A DNA stretch of 64,000 bases from the NCBI GenBank assembly GCA_965277715.1, contig OZ255836.1, forward strand, positions 3,008,001 through 3,072,000, given 5' to 3'. The first letter of the stretch is position 1. Each line of letters begins with the position of its first letter. A program made the translations under genes and the position numbers. Source of the stretch: Gammaproteobacteria bacterium (lineage in GTDB: Bacteria > Pseudomonadota > Gammaproteobacteria > JBCCGL01). Shown in pieces: positions 8,959-19,441 of this stretch. The notes under the pieces were generated by a model, which saw only the letters and a list, made by a program, of their open reading frames with translations, was not told the DNA's origin and made no database searches.

Positions 8959-10461
8959 TCAACTTCGGTCGTGATTGCGGTACGAAATCGCCTCGCTCAG
9001 ACAGGCGGTATTGATATTTTCCAGTGAGGCCAAATCTGCGATAGTGCGCGCCAGTTTTAATATACGGTGATACGCCCGTGCAGACAGATTCAAACGTTGC
9101 ATTGCCTGGTCTAGCAGCAGTGCATCGCTTTCTGCAAGCGGGCAATGGGTATCAATATCTTTCACCCCCAGCGCGGCATTCATTTTTCCACAGCGTGTGT
9201 ATTGCCGTTCACGTGCGGCGCTGACACGCTGGCGCACAGTATCACTACCCTCTACTTTTGGGTCTATTTTTTGCAGGTCCTCGCGGGCAACGCGAGGCAC
9301 TTCTATTTGCATATCAATACGATCCAGGAACGGGCCGGATAACCGTGATTGGTACCGTTGCACCTGATCCGCACTACAGCGGCATATCGCCTTCGGATCC
9401 GTTTTATTGCCACAGGGGCAGGGGTTCATCGCGGCTATTAGCTGAAATCGTGCAGGAAATTCAGCCTGCCTTGCAGCACGTGAAATGGTGATACAGCCCG
9501 ACTCCATAGGCTCACGCAATACATCCAGTACTTTTCGACTATATTCCGGCAGCTCATCAAGAAACAATACACCGGCGTGTGCCAAAGAGATTTCACCTGG
9601 CCGGGGTGAACTGCCGCCGCCCACTAAAGCGACACCTGAAGCCGTGTGGTGTGGTGTGCGAAAAGGTCGCACGCCCCATTGGTTTGGGTTGAACCCATTG
9701 TGACTGACCGAGGCAATAGCGGCCGCTTCGCGTGATTCGCCCGGCGTCATTGGCGGTAAAATACCCGGCAACCGACTGGCCAACATGGATTTCCCCGTGC
9801 CCGGAGGGCCACACATTAGCAAGTTATGCCCACCCGCCGCCGCTACTTCGAGTGCGCGCTTGGCCTGGTATTGCCCTTTGACGTCGGCGAGGTTCGGCAA
9901 GTGAGCAAAGGGGGAATTGATGACTGTTGCGCTGGCTTTACGCAACAGTACTTCACCCCGCATATGCGCACACACATCCAATAGGTGTGAGGCGCCATAG
10001 ACGTTACTGCCATCAGCCAATGCAGCCTCCCCGGCATTGCAGACTGGCAACACCAGCGCCCGCCGACTGCGTGTACTGGCAACAGCCGTTGGCAAGGCAC
10101 CGCGCACTGCATATAAGCCACCACCGAGCGCCAGCTCGCCAATAAATTCATTTTCGACCAGCTTATTGCCCGGCAGTTGCCCGGATGCGGCGAGAATACC
10201 CAGTGCAATCGGGAGATCAAAACGACCACCGTCTTTAGGTAGATCAGCGGGAGCCAAGCTCACCGTGATACGCCGCGCGGGATAATCGAACTGCGCATTG
10301 AGCAACGCAGCACGCACGCGGTCTTTGCTTTCTTTAACCGCCGCTTCCGGCAGACCGACGATCGACATTGACGGCAAACCGCCGGAGAGGTGTACCTCGA
10401 CGCGAACTTCGATCGCTTCGATTCCGACCAGGGCGCGTGAGTGAACGACAGCGAGAGACAT
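8959..10461 (-). CDS. comM: YifB/ComM Mg-chelatase-like AAA ATPase
   Basis: LAPADLPKDGGRFDLPIA, GPPGTGKSM, PFRTPHHTAS, GEISLAHAGVLFLDE, AAMNPCPCG. Confidence 0.95.
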   Translation of the reverse strand: MSLAVVHSRALVGIEAIEVRVEVHLSGGLPSMSIVGLPEAAVKESKDRVRAALLNAQFDYPARRITVSLAPADLPKDGGRFDLPIALGILAASGQLPGNKLVENEFIGELALGGGLYAVRGALPTAVASTRSRRALVLPVCNAGEAALADGSNVYGASHLLDVCAHMRGEVLLRKASATVINSPFAHLPNLADVKGQYQAKRALEVAAAGGHNLLMCGPPGTGKSMLASRLPGILPPMTPGESREAAAIASVSHNGFNPNQWGVRPFRTPHHTASGVALVGGGSSPRPGEISLAHAGVLFLDELPEYSRKVLDVLREPMESGCITISRAARQAEFPARFQLIAAMNPCPCGNKTDPKAICRCSADQVQRYQSRLSGPFLDRIDMQIEVPRVAREDLQKIDPKVEGSDTVRQRVSAARERQYTRCGKMNAALGVKDIDTHCPLAESDALLLDQAMQRLNLSARAYHRILKLARTIADLASLENINTACLSEAISYRNHDRS

Positions 10462-10581
10462 TAAACACTCCTTGTTGGGAACAGGTTCCGTTAGGTAACA
10501 ATCACTCTACCAGTATTTACCGCTGTTTTGTAGGCATTGACGCTAACAATCCAGAGCGAACAGTCAGGGCAGGCTCATACA

Positions 10582-10839
10582 TCAACACTGTCTGTTTTCC
10601 CGCGAGGCGGTTTCCAGTTCGAGCAACCGCGCTTCAAACTGATCCAGTTTCTCACGGGTTCTAGCCAGCAATTGTGATTGAATATCAAAGTCCTCACGTG
10701 TGACCAGATCCATTTTGGTGAGTACTGTCTGCATTGCAACACAGGCATTGCGCTCGAAATCGCTTTTCAAAGCATCGACACCGGGTGGCAATAAACGTGA
10801 CAACGATTCAGCAAATTCGTCAAAAACGGCGTTGTTCAT
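10582..10839 (-). CDS. ubiK: Ubiquinone biosynthesis accessory factor UbiK (YqiC/BMFP family)
   Basis: KMDLVTREDFDIQ..LL.RTREKL motif; typical position upstream of comM. Confidence 0.85.
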   Translation of the reverse strand: MNNAVFDEFAESLSRLLPPGVDALKSDFERNACVAMQTVLTKMDLVTREDFDIQSQLLARTREKLDQFEARLLELETASRENRQC

Positions 10840-10987
10840 ACTTTATCCATACATCTGAGATAGGTGTGATTTTACAATCAAACACTTTGCGCAGGTAGGT
10901 TTATCAAGGTAAAAAACCTGTTCACCACCCGTGTACCGGGATAGGATTATCTATAACCTTATCTTGTGACACTCCAGGGGGCCTTGC

Positions 10988-11347
10988 GTGTTCAAATATT
11001 TCATACTAACCGTATTACTGACCATCAGCACCGCGTTGCCTGCAGGTGAAGTGGATGTTGTCGGGGTTAAAATCGTAGCAGTGGATGGTACACATTTTCG
11101 CATCGATGCCAGCTTGCAACACGCCGACACCGGTTGGCAACACTACGCCGATGCCTGGGAGGTGATCGATGAAAACGGTACGCTATTGGGCACGCGGGTA
11201 TTACATCATCCACATGTCAGGGAGCAGCCCTTTACGCGCAGCCTGACCCTGGAAATTCCCGCTGGGGTAACCACTGTTACCATTAGAGCGCACGATTCTG
11301 TACACGGGTACGTCGGCAAAACCCTGGATATCGCCGTACCGCGATAG
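10988..11347 (+). CDS. Small secreted conserved hypothetical protein, His-rich
   Basis: Signal peptide; HADTGWQHYADAW, HHPHVREQPFTRSL, AHDSVHG. Confidence 0.7.
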   Translation: MFKYFILTVLLTISTALPAGEVDVVGVKIVAVDGTHFRIDASLQHADTGWQHYADAWEVIDENGTLLGTRVLHHPHVREQPFTRSLTLEIPAGVTTVTIRAHDSVHGYVGKTLDIAVPR

Positions 11348-11351
11348 CTGA

Positions 11352-12494
11352 TTATTTAGCCGGTTGTTTCGGTGCACAAACAGGCAATTGTTCACTCAAT
11401 GCCTGAGCGCCTCTGGTAGCACGTAAAACCCGCTCTTCTTCAACCACGTGTGTGGGAAACTGACTCATAAAACAACAACACAGGTTGTCATCGATCATAG
11501 TGCGCGGGCCATGCGGGTGGGCAATATGGCGATACACCCCATGGCTATGGGGATGTTCATGGGAGTGTGAATGATCGTGCGCATGGTGGCTGTGATTGTG
11601 TGAATGCGCATAATGGTGGTGGTCATCGTGAGGCTGATACTCGGCATGGTGATGATGTATATCGACTTCTCCACGTGCCAGGCGCGCTTTAAACGATGCC
11701 ATCAGATTATCTTCACCAAGTGCATCGCCCTGCTGCATACAACTCTCAATACGATCGACAAAGGTATCGATAACGTGTGGTTGATCACGCAGGTAATCTG
11801 CCTTGAAAAATACCACATCGGGGTTTTGCGCAGCAATCGCATCAACATAATTATAAATACGTGTAATTAAGCGACCGGAAAATAGAAAATACGGTGCCAC
11901 TACCACCTTTTTAAAACCCAACTTGAGCGCCATCTCCAGACCGCGCCCCACCGAAGGATAGGTCACCCCGGAATACACTGTTTCCGCCCAGCCAAAACCG
12001 AGATTTTCATTGACAATGCGCGTCATCTTGGCCGCTTCTGCATTCGCACCGACATCTGAGGTACCACGGCCAACCACGACCAACAGGGTATCGTAAAGCG
12101 CGCCACACGCAGGTGTTTCGCTATACCCCATCGATTCTATAATCCGCGTCTCAAACGCCGCAATCATTTGGGGGTGCAAGCCGAGCTCACGGCCATAGTG
12201 AATGTTTAACCCCGCGTGCTTTTCCCGATACGTGGTCAGCACCGAGGGGATATCATTTTTCGCGTGGGTGGCGGCAAATAACATACCGGGCACGGCGTAA
12301 ATCTCATCGACACCTTGTTCTACCAGAGCATCCAACCCCATATGAATATTGGGCGCTGAGTACTCCAAAAAACCGTACTCAACAGGGATACCTGGGTAAC
12401 GTGCCTGCAAACCTTTGGCGAGCAGGCTGAATTCCTGTTCCGCCGTTTTAGCGCGACTGCCGTGGCCGCATACCATAATGCCTGTTTTTTTCAT
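11352..12494 (-). CDS. cbiX: Sirohydrochlorin cobaltochelatase CbiX, long form with His-rich tail
   Basis: CGHGSR, GFLEYSAP, HAKNDIP, VGRGTSD; His-rich C-terminal tract; directly downstream of cobQ. Confidence 0.88.
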   Translation of the reverse strand: MKKTGIMVCGHGSRAKTAEQEFSLLAKGLQARYPGIPVEYGFLEYSAPNIHMGLDALVEQGVDEIYAVPGMLFAATHAKNDIPSVLTTYREKHAGLNIHYGRELGLHPQMIAAFETRIIESMGYSETPACGALYDTLLVVVGRGTSDVGANAEAAKMTRIVNENLGFGWAETVYSGVTYPSVGRGLEMALKLGFKKVVVAPYFLFSGRLITRIYNYVDAIAAQNPDVVFFKADYLRDQPHVIDTFVDRIESCMQQGDALGEDNLMASFKARLARGEVDIHHHHAEYQPHDDHHHYAHSHNHSHHAHDHSHSHEHPHSHGVYRHIAHPHGPRTMIDDNLCCCFMSQFPTHVVEEERVLRATRGAQALSEQLPVCAPKQPAK

Positions 12495-12532
12495 TGCCTA
12501 CTCTTGGAGATTATTTTAAATCGATGGTTAGT

Positions 12533-14029
12533 TTACGATGAAAGCCTCTCGCTATGGCGGCTGCCGACAGCGTTGTGTAAAAGGGGTTCCAGCGCCCCCA
12601 TATCGAGGTGTTGTTCCACTACACCGGCCCAATGTTCGATGTGTTTTTCCCGCTCGCCTTGATAATCAATAGCCTGTGCATTTTCCAACCCGGCCCATTT
12701 GAGTAAGGCTGTGCACGCACCCTGCTGATCAAAAATACCATGCAGGTAGGTCGCCAGTATTTGCTTATCACAACTCATCGCACCATCGTTGCGAGCGCTC
12801 AATACGACAGCAGGGTTATTCAGTGCCGTGCCGCTGCACTCACCGGTATGAATTTCGTAGCCCGTACACGCGGGTCGCCCCGGCAGTGCCAGCCACCCCT
12901 CGACCCGTCGCAGTTTTTTGTGCGTGCATAACGTGGTGTGTATATCCAGCCAGGCAAACCCTTCGCTACTGCCCGCTGGACCCTCGGTACCATCGGGGTC
13001 GTGAATCATATTACCGAGCATTTGCAACCCCCCACAGATACCCATGACTTTACCACCATAGCGCAAGTGACGGGCCAGGTATTCACGCCAGCCATTGTCG
13101 ACCAGCCATTGCAAGTCTGTGCGCACACTTTTACTACCAGGCAATATCACTAGATCAGCCGCAGGTAATTTATCACCCATGCCCGCAAAATACAGATTAA
13201 CGTGTGGGTGCAACAGCAATGGGTCAAAATCGGTGTGATTACTAATACGGGGAAAGCGCGGCACTAGCACGTCAATCGCCTCCTTTCCCTCTATAGGTTG
13301 TTTAACAAATTTGCCCGAAAGCCCATCCTCTGCTTCGAGGTGCAGGCCCTCGACAAATGGCAATACACCAAGCACCGGGATACCTGTGCGCTGTTGCAGC
13401 CAATCAATACCCGGTTTCAGTATCGCTATATCACCGCGAAAGCGATTGATGACCATACCCCCTATACGCGCACGCTCACTTTCGCTGAGCAATTCAAGCG
13501 TGCCCACCAAATGCGCAAAGACCCCCCCCCGGTCTATATCTGCCACCAGTATGACCGGACAGTCGACAGCTTCGGCAAAGCCCATATTGGCAACATCACC
13601 TTCGCGCAGATTAATTTCTGCCGGACTGCCCGCCCCCTCGACGATGACGACCTGATATTGACCGGACAAACGGGCATGGGCATCCAGTATTGGCTTCATT
13701 ACCTTGGGTTTGAATGCGTGGTAACGGCGCGCATCCATATCACCAATTGCATGGCCATTAATAATTATCTGCGCACCGGTATTGCTATTTGGTTTTAACA
13801 GCACCGGGTTCATATCCGTATGTGCATCGATGCCACACGCCTGTGCCTGCACGGCCTGTGCCCGGCCAATTTCCCCACCATCGACAGTGACTGCGCTGTT
13901 GAGCGCCATGTTTTGCGGTTTAAAAGGTGCCACAGTTATACCACGGCGCAGCAAAATACGGCACAATGCGACAGCCAGCGCGCTCTTACCCGCATCCGAT
14001 GTAGTGCCCTGAACCATTAAGGTCGTCAT
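12533..14029 (-). CDS. cobQ: Cobyric acid synthase
   Basis: [50 protein letters not shown]; start set at MTTLMVQG. Confidence 0.95.
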   Translation of the reverse strand: MTTLMVQGTTSDAGKSALAVALCRILLRRGITVAPFKPQNMALNSAVTVDGGEIGRAQAVQAQACGIDAHTDMNPVLLKPNSNTGAQIIINGHAIGDMDARRYHAFKPKVMKPILDAHARLSGQYQVVIVEGAGSPAEINLREGDVANMGFAEAVDCPVILVADIDRGGVFAHLVGTLELLSESERARIGGMVINRFRGDIAILKPGIDWLQQRTGIPVLGVLPFVEGLHLEAEDGLSGKFVKQPIEGKEAIDVLVPRFPRISNHTDFDPLLLHPHVNLYFAGMGDKLPAADLVILPGSKSVRTDLQWLVDNGWREYLARHLRYGGKVMGICGGLQMLGNMIHDPDGTEGPAGSSEGFAWLDIHTTLCTHKKLRRVEGWLALPGRPACTGYEIHTGECSGTALNNPAVVLSARNDGAMSCDKQILATYLHGIFDQQGACTALLKWAGLENAQAIDYQGEREKHIEHWAGVVEQHLDMGALEPLLHNAVGSRHSERLSS

Positions 14030-14107
14030 TGTGAGATGGCAAACCTGCAAGCAGTGGAAAGCCGGGAATGTTAACATCAAACAAGTTTTTGACTTATTTT
14101 TTTACCT

Positions 14108-15337
14108 GTGGCCGATAGCACTTTAACTCAACTCACTCAACGCAAAAGACCCATCGCTAATCAAGCGCTGCGCATTGGTTTTTTCATTGTTCTTAGCCTA
14201 TTTCTGCCGATTACTGCATGGCCTGTCTACGCCGACTCTGAGGTTGAGTACCGGGCCAGGTTAAAGCAAATAAGACAGCAAGTCAGCGCCATTCAAAAAT
14301 CGATTGCCACAAAACAGGCGCAGCGGGGTAAAGGCGTTAGTGCACTCAAAAAATCTGAACTGGAAATCGCAGCCATTGCCCAGCGTATGCGCGATATCGA
14401 TGCGCAATCGCAGCAGACCCAAGATGAATTCGACCAACTCGATAACCATTCACAACAGCTGACGACAGTGCTTGAGGCACACCAGTACTCACTCAACCAA
14501 CAAATCAAAGCTGCCTATCAAACGGGCCGAACACCACACATACAGTTATTTTTAAACCAGCAGAACCCCGCACTGATTAGCCGTATGTTTAGTTATTACG
14601 ACTATTTTAATCGCGCCCGGCAAATTGAAATAGATAAAGCACTTGCGTTACTTGAGGAGTTACAGACCGTGCACCAGGAAAAGTTGCGTGTGACGCAACG
14701 CCTAAAGGACACCCGCAGCAAATTGCAAAAACAGCACGCTGCGATGCAACGCGCCAGCGAAAAACGTCGTGCAAGTATTAGCAAGTTGGAGAAAAGACTC
14801 TCAAAGGACAGCGGCAGGTTATCGGTATTACTCAAAGACCAGCAGGATCTGGCGCAATTACTGGAGCAGCTCAACCAGGTGTTTGCCGACCTGCCACCAC
14901 CACCCCTGGAACGCAAGCCCTTTAAATCCATGAAGGGAAAACTACCCTGGCCAGCCGTGGGCACACTCAAAGCCAAATACAACGATACCAAAGATGGCGA
15001 TAGCAGGCGATGGAAAGGTATGTTGATCGGTGCAAAAATTGGCAGTGACGTACACGCCATCTACCACGGCCAGATTGCCTTTGCCGACTGGATGAATGGC
15101 TTTGGCCTGATTTTAATTATCGACCATGGCGATAACTACATGAGTATCTACGCAAACAATCAAACATTATACAAAACACAAGGTGAATGGGTTGCTCCAG
15201 GCGAGCTGATTGCGACAGTAGGTAATTCAGGTGGCCAGCACAAAGGGGGTATCTATTTTGAAATTCGCCGCAAAGGACAACCTATTAATCCTCATAGATG
15301 GGTAAAAAAGTCTATAAAGTCTGTTTCTATACAGTAA
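14108..15337 (+). CDS. envC: Murein hydrolase activator EnvC (coiled coil plus M23-like domain)
   Basis: Long coiled coil, KGKLPWP, GFGLILIIDHGD.YMSIY, VGNSGG; upstream of an S41 peptidase; start uncertain. Confidence 0.88.
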   Translation: MADSTLTQLTQRKRPIANQALRIGFFIVLSLFLPITAWPVYADSEVEYRARLKQIRQQVSAIQKSIATKQAQRGKGVSALKKSELEIAAIAQRMRDIDAQSQQTQDEFDQLDNHSQQLTTVLEAHQYSLNQQIKAAYQTGRTPHIQLFLNQQNPALISRMFSYYDYFNRARQIEIDKALALLEELQTVHQEKLRVTQRLKDTRSKLQKQHAAMQRASEKRRASISKLEKRLSKDSGRLSVLLKDQQDLAQLLEQLNQVFADLPPPPLERKPFKSMKGKLPWPAVGTLKAKYNDTKDGDSRRWKGMLIGAKIGSDVHAIYHGQIAFADWMNGFGLILIIDHGDNYMSIYANNQTLYKTQGEWVAPGELIATVGNSGGQHKGGIYFEIRRKGQPINPHRWVKKSIKSVSIQ

Positions 15338-15474
15338 TTTTCGACGCTTCAGTACAGTGAATGATAGAATTCAGCCATTAATTACTGAGCGCCTCAAAAT
15401 TTAGGTAATGTGGAGATGCGTTTCGCGCCATCTTTTTCGTCGCCTTTTTACACGGTTTTATCTGGAGATAGTTA

Positions 15475-16791
15475 ATGATTCGCCTCTCTCGCACGTTATC
15501 GCTCGTTATGTTGGGCGCCATTATTGGCGCCATGCTCACTATCGGGCAATCAGTATTTGCCACCAAACAAAGCGAAACACTACCACTGGCGGAGTTGCGC
15601 GCCTTTACCGACGTATTCACCCGCATCAAACAGGATTATGTAGAACAGGTCGATGACAAAACCCTGATTGAATACGCGATTCGCGGCATGTTATCCGGCC
15701 TCGACCCTCATTCCTCCTACCTCAATGAAGAAGAGTTCAACGAACTGCGCGTTGGTACTTCCGGTGAATTTGGTGGTCTTGGTATAGAGGTCAACATGGA
15801 AGACGGCTTTGTTAAAGTCGTTTCCCCCATCGACGATACACCGGCGCAACAGGCGGGAATGAAAAGTGGTGATCTGATTATCCGTATCGATGGCAAGCCG
15901 GTTAAGGGCATGACACTTAACGAGGCGGTAAAGCTGATGCGCGGTAAACCCGGCAGCACCATCAACCTGACAGTCGTTCGCCAGGGGCTGGACAAACCCC
16001 TGTCAGTGGATATTGTGCGCGCCATTATCCAGGTCAACAGTGTCAAGCACCGCCTGATGGATAATGATTTTGGCTATCTGCGCATTTCACACTTCCAGGT
16101 CAAAACAACACAGAATATGCTGGAAGCGATCGATACAATGAACACGGAAAGTAAAGGCAAGCTAAAAGGGCTGGTGCTCGATTTGCGCAACAACCCTGGC
16201 GGGGTACTCTCTGCTGCGGTAGGTGTTTCCAATGCGTTTATCGAAAAAGGCCTGATTGTATACACTGACGGGCGCGAGACAGGCTCACGGCTGCGTTACA
16301 ATGCCAACCCAGGTGACGCGATGAACGCGGCACCTGTAGTGGTTTTGGTTAATGGTGGTTCTGCCTCAGCATCCGAAATTGTAGCAGGCGCTTTGCAAGA
16401 CCATAAACGCGCCATTATTATGGGTGAGAAAACCTTTGGTAAAGGATCTGTGCAAACTATTCAGGATTTACAGACCGGCGGTGCCGTCAAACTCACCACC
16501 GCACGTTATTACACGCCATCGGGGCGCTCTATTCAGGCCAAGGGTATCAATCCGGATATCGTTGTCGAGTTACTCGAAGTAACCAACCGTGAAAAGCCGG
16601 TAGTCGATTCATTGAAAGAGTCGAATCTCAGTGGCCACCTGGAAAACACCGACCAGCAGGAGCAGACCTCAGCGGAACAGAAAAAAGACACAACACAGCC
16701 TCCGGCTAGCGACCCATCGACCGATGATTATCAACTTTTTCAGGCGCTAAACTTATTGAAAGGATTGACCATCCTCAGCGCCGGGAGCTGA
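15475..16791 (+). CDS. ctpA: Carboxy-terminal processing protease, S41 family
   Basis: LDPHS, PDZ GGLGI, DLRNNPGG, SASASEIVAGALQD, TFGKGSVQ. Confidence 0.93.
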   Translation: MIRLSRTLSLVMLGAIIGAMLTIGQSVFATKQSETLPLAELRAFTDVFTRIKQDYVEQVDDKTLIEYAIRGMLSGLDPHSSYLNEEEFNELRVGTSGEFGGLGIEVNMEDGFVKVVSPIDDTPAQQAGMKSGDLIIRIDGKPVKGMTLNEAVKLMRGKPGSTINLTVVRQGLDKPLSVDIVRAIIQVNSVKHRLMDNDFGYLRISHFQVKTTQNMLEAIDTMNTESKGKLKGLVLDLRNNPGGVLSAAVGVSNAFIEKGLIVYTDGRETGSRLRYNANPGDAMNAAPVVVLVNGGSASASEIVAGALQDHKRAIIMGEKTFGKGSVQTIQDLQTGGAVKLTTARYYTPSGRSIQAKGINPDIVVELLEVTNREKPVVDSLKESNLSGHLENTDQQEQTSAEQKKDTTQPPASDPSTDDYQLFQALNLLKGLTILSAGS

Positions 16792-16794
16792 CAC

Positions 16795-17601
16795 TTGGGG
16801 GTTACCCGATGGGGCATAACGTTTGTTTTGCTACCCCTGCTGTGTTTATTGACCAATGACCTATTGGCGGGCAGTAAAAAACCGCTTATCAGTATCATCA
16901 TTGACGATCTTGGCCACAACCGCTCGCTGGCAGACGCTGCGCTGCAGTTACCTCACGCGGTCACACTGTCTATTTTGCCCTACGCCCCCTATTCGCGGGA
17001 AATCAGCCGACGCGCCAGACAACAGGGGCGCGAATACATGCTGCACCTGCCAATGCAGGGCCATGACGCCTCAGATCTAGAGCCGGGCATGCTCACTGTT
17101 TCGATGGAAGAAGAGGTATTTATCACATCACTCAACGCCAATCTAAACGCACTGACGGGTTATTCCGGGATAAACAACCACAAAGGCAGCGTCCTCACCG
17201 CTAACGCTGGCAAGGTGCATTTGTTATTGCAGACGCTGATGCAACGAGAACCACTTTTTCTTATCGACAGTAAAACCACATCCCGGTCAAAAATCCCCGC
17301 GCTCGTATCGCAGTACTCGCTACCATTTGCCAGCCGCAATGTCTTTCTCGACGTTGACAGACGCGTAGCTGCGATTGAAAAGCAGCTTGATCGGTTGCTG
17401 GACATCGCCCGCAAAACCGGATCAGCTATTGCAATTGGCCACCCCTACCCGAGCACCCTGGCAGTACTCAATCAATTTTTAACCGACCACCAAGAAGCGG
17501 CTTATCAGCTTGTACCAGTTAGCCACATAATCAAATGGCGACAGCACCTGACACCCGCAGAAAAAAAGCCACGGAGAATACCGCTGGCACTGTCAAATTA
17601 A
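16795..17601 (+). CDS. Divergent polysaccharide deacetylase (YibQ family)
   Basis: IIIDDLG, MLHLPMQ, INNHKGS, IDSKT, IAIGHP. Confidence 0.88.
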   Translation: MGVTRWGITFVLLPLLCLLTNDLLAGSKKPLISIIIDDLGHNRSLADAALQLPHAVTLSILPYAPYSREISRRARQQGREYMLHLPMQGHDASDLEPGMLTVSMEEEVFITSLNANLNALTGYSGINNHKGSVLTANAGKVHLLLQTLMQREPLFLIDSKTTSRSKIPALVSQYSLPFASRNVFLDVDRRVAAIEKQLDRLLDIARKTGSAIAIGHPYPSTLAVLNQFLTDHQEAAYQLVPVSHIIKWRQHLTPAEKKPRRIPLALSN

Positions 17602-17603
17602 GC

Positions 17604-19433
17604 TTACTCAACGGTTACCGACTTAGCCAGGTTACGCGGCTGATCGACATCGGTGCCTTTCAATATAGCGGCATGGTAAGCCAACAACTGTACAGGCACC
17701 GAATAGACAATCGGTGCGACCAATGGATCGACCTTTGGCATTTCCACTACCGCATGGGGGCGTGCCTGGCGGGACAGTTTTGCAATGCCTTGTTTGTCAG
17801 ACAACAAAATGACATTGCCCTTGCGGGCGATCATTTCCTGCACATTCGACGCCGTTTTATCAAACCAGGCATCACTAGGTGCAATCATTACAATCGGTAC
17901 CTTGTCTTCGATCAGTGCCAGTGGGCCGTGTTTCATTTCCCCGGCGGCATAACCCTCTGCATGAATGTAGGAAATTTCTTTCAGCTTTAAAGCACCTTCA
18001 AGCGCAATCGGGAAACTGGTGCCCCGCCCCATATAAAAGGCATCTTTCCACTCCTGAAATTCACCCGCCAATGCCTGTAGTTGTGACTCCTTGGCCAACA
18101 CTTCAGCTATCCGCCCCGGCACCTCGGTTAACGCTGAAGCATAGTGGGCCTCGCGTTCACGCGTGAGCCGCCCCTTGGCTTTAGCCAGAGCAATCGCCAG
18201 GCACGCGAGAACAGTAAGCTGGGTGGTAAAGGCTTTGGTCGAGGCGACACCGATCTCCGGGCCTGCCTGCGTCAGTAACACAGCATCGCTTTCACGTGCA
18301 ATCGTGCTCTCCGGTACATTCAGTATTGACAGCACTGACTGCCCTTTACGCTTCATCATGCGCAGCGCTTCCAATGTATCCATCGTCTCACCCGACTGAC
18401 TGATAACCAGCATCAAACCATTGTCGCTGACCGGTGGATCGCGGTAGCGCAGTTCTGAAGCGATATCGACCTCAACCGGGATACCTGCGAGTGATTCGAT
18501 CCAGTATTTTGCCACCATACCGGCATAACTGGCCGTGCCACACGCGGCAATGGTAATACGCGAAATCGATGCCAGCGCAACCGGTAATGCCGGCAGGGTA
18601 ATAGTCTGGCTGGCGGGGTTTAATACACTGGTTAATGTATCGCCAATTACAGTGGGCTGTTCGTGTATCTCCTTGTGCATAAAATGCCGGTGGTTACCCT
18701 TTCCAATCATCGCACCAGACACCACAGTTTGAATGATATCGCGCTCAACCGGGGTGCCATCGCTGGTCATTATCGACACACCATCGCGGGTCGCGACCGC
18801 CCAATCGCCCTCTTCCAGATAACTGAGTCGACGGGTTAGCGGCGCCAATGCCAATGCATCTGAACCAAAATACATTTCACCGTCGCCGTAGCCCAATGCC
18901 AATGGACTACCGCGCCGGGCCGCAATCATCAAATTGTCATAGCCACGAAAAATCATTACCAACGAAAAGGCACCCTCAAGTAACGGTAGGGTTTGACCCA
19001 CCGCCTGCTTAGGCGATAAGCCTTGTTCGAGGTAGCGATCAATCAGGTGGGCGACCACTTCGGTATCGGTCTCGCTGGTAAAGCTATCGGTATAATCAGC
19101 AAGATTCTCGCGCAATACCTGAAAGTTTTCGATGATGCCATTGTGTACAATCGCGACACGCGCTGAGATATGCGGGTGTGCATTATTTTCAGACGGGACA
19201 CCGTGCGTGGCCCAGCGTGTATGGCCAATACCGATGCTGCCTTGCAACGGATTATCTTCAAGCACCTTACCGAGGTTATTCAGCTTACCCGCCGCACGGC
19301 GACGTTCAATCCGATCATCGATCAGTGTTGCCAGGCCCGCCGAGTCATACCCTCGGTACTCCAACCGCTTCAGCCCATCAAAGATGATAGGCGCTGCCGT
19401 CTGGCTACCGATAATGCCAATAATGCCACACAT
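17604..19433 (-). CDS. glmS: Glutamine--fructose-6-phosphate aminotransferase
   Basis: MCGI start, LEYRGYDSAG, GHTRWATHG, SQSGET, VASTKAF, C-terminal DQPRNLAKSVTVE. Confidence 0.97.
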   Translation of the reverse strand: MCGIIGIIGSQTAAPIIFDGLKRLEYRGYDSAGLATLIDDRIERRRAAGKLNNLGKVLEDNPLQGSIGIGHTRWATHGVPSENNAHPHISARVAIVHNGIIENFQVLRENLADYTDSFTSETDTEVVAHLIDRYLEQGLSPKQAVGQTLPLLEGAFSLVMIFRGYDNLMIAARRGSPLALGYGDGEMYFGSDALALAPLTRRLSYLEEGDWAVATRDGVSIMTSDGTPVERDIIQTVVSGAMIGKGNHRHFMHKEIHEQPTVIGDTLTSVLNPASQTITLPALPVALASISRITIAACGTASYAGMVAKYWIESLAGIPVEVDIASELRYRDPPVSDNGLMLVISQSGETMDTLEALRMMKRKGQSVLSILNVPESTIARESDAVLLTQAGPEIGVASTKAFTTQLTVLACLAIALAKAKGRLTREREAHYASALTEVPGRIAEVLAKESQLQALAGEFQEWKDAFYMGRGTSFPIALEGALKLKEISYIHAEGYAAGEMKHGPLALIEDKVPIVMIAPSDAWFDKTASNVQEMIARKGNVILLSDKQGIAKLSRQARPHAVVEMPKVDPLVAPIVYSVPVQLLAYHAAILKGTDVDQPRNLAKSVTVE

Positions 19434-19441
19434 ATTTTTAC

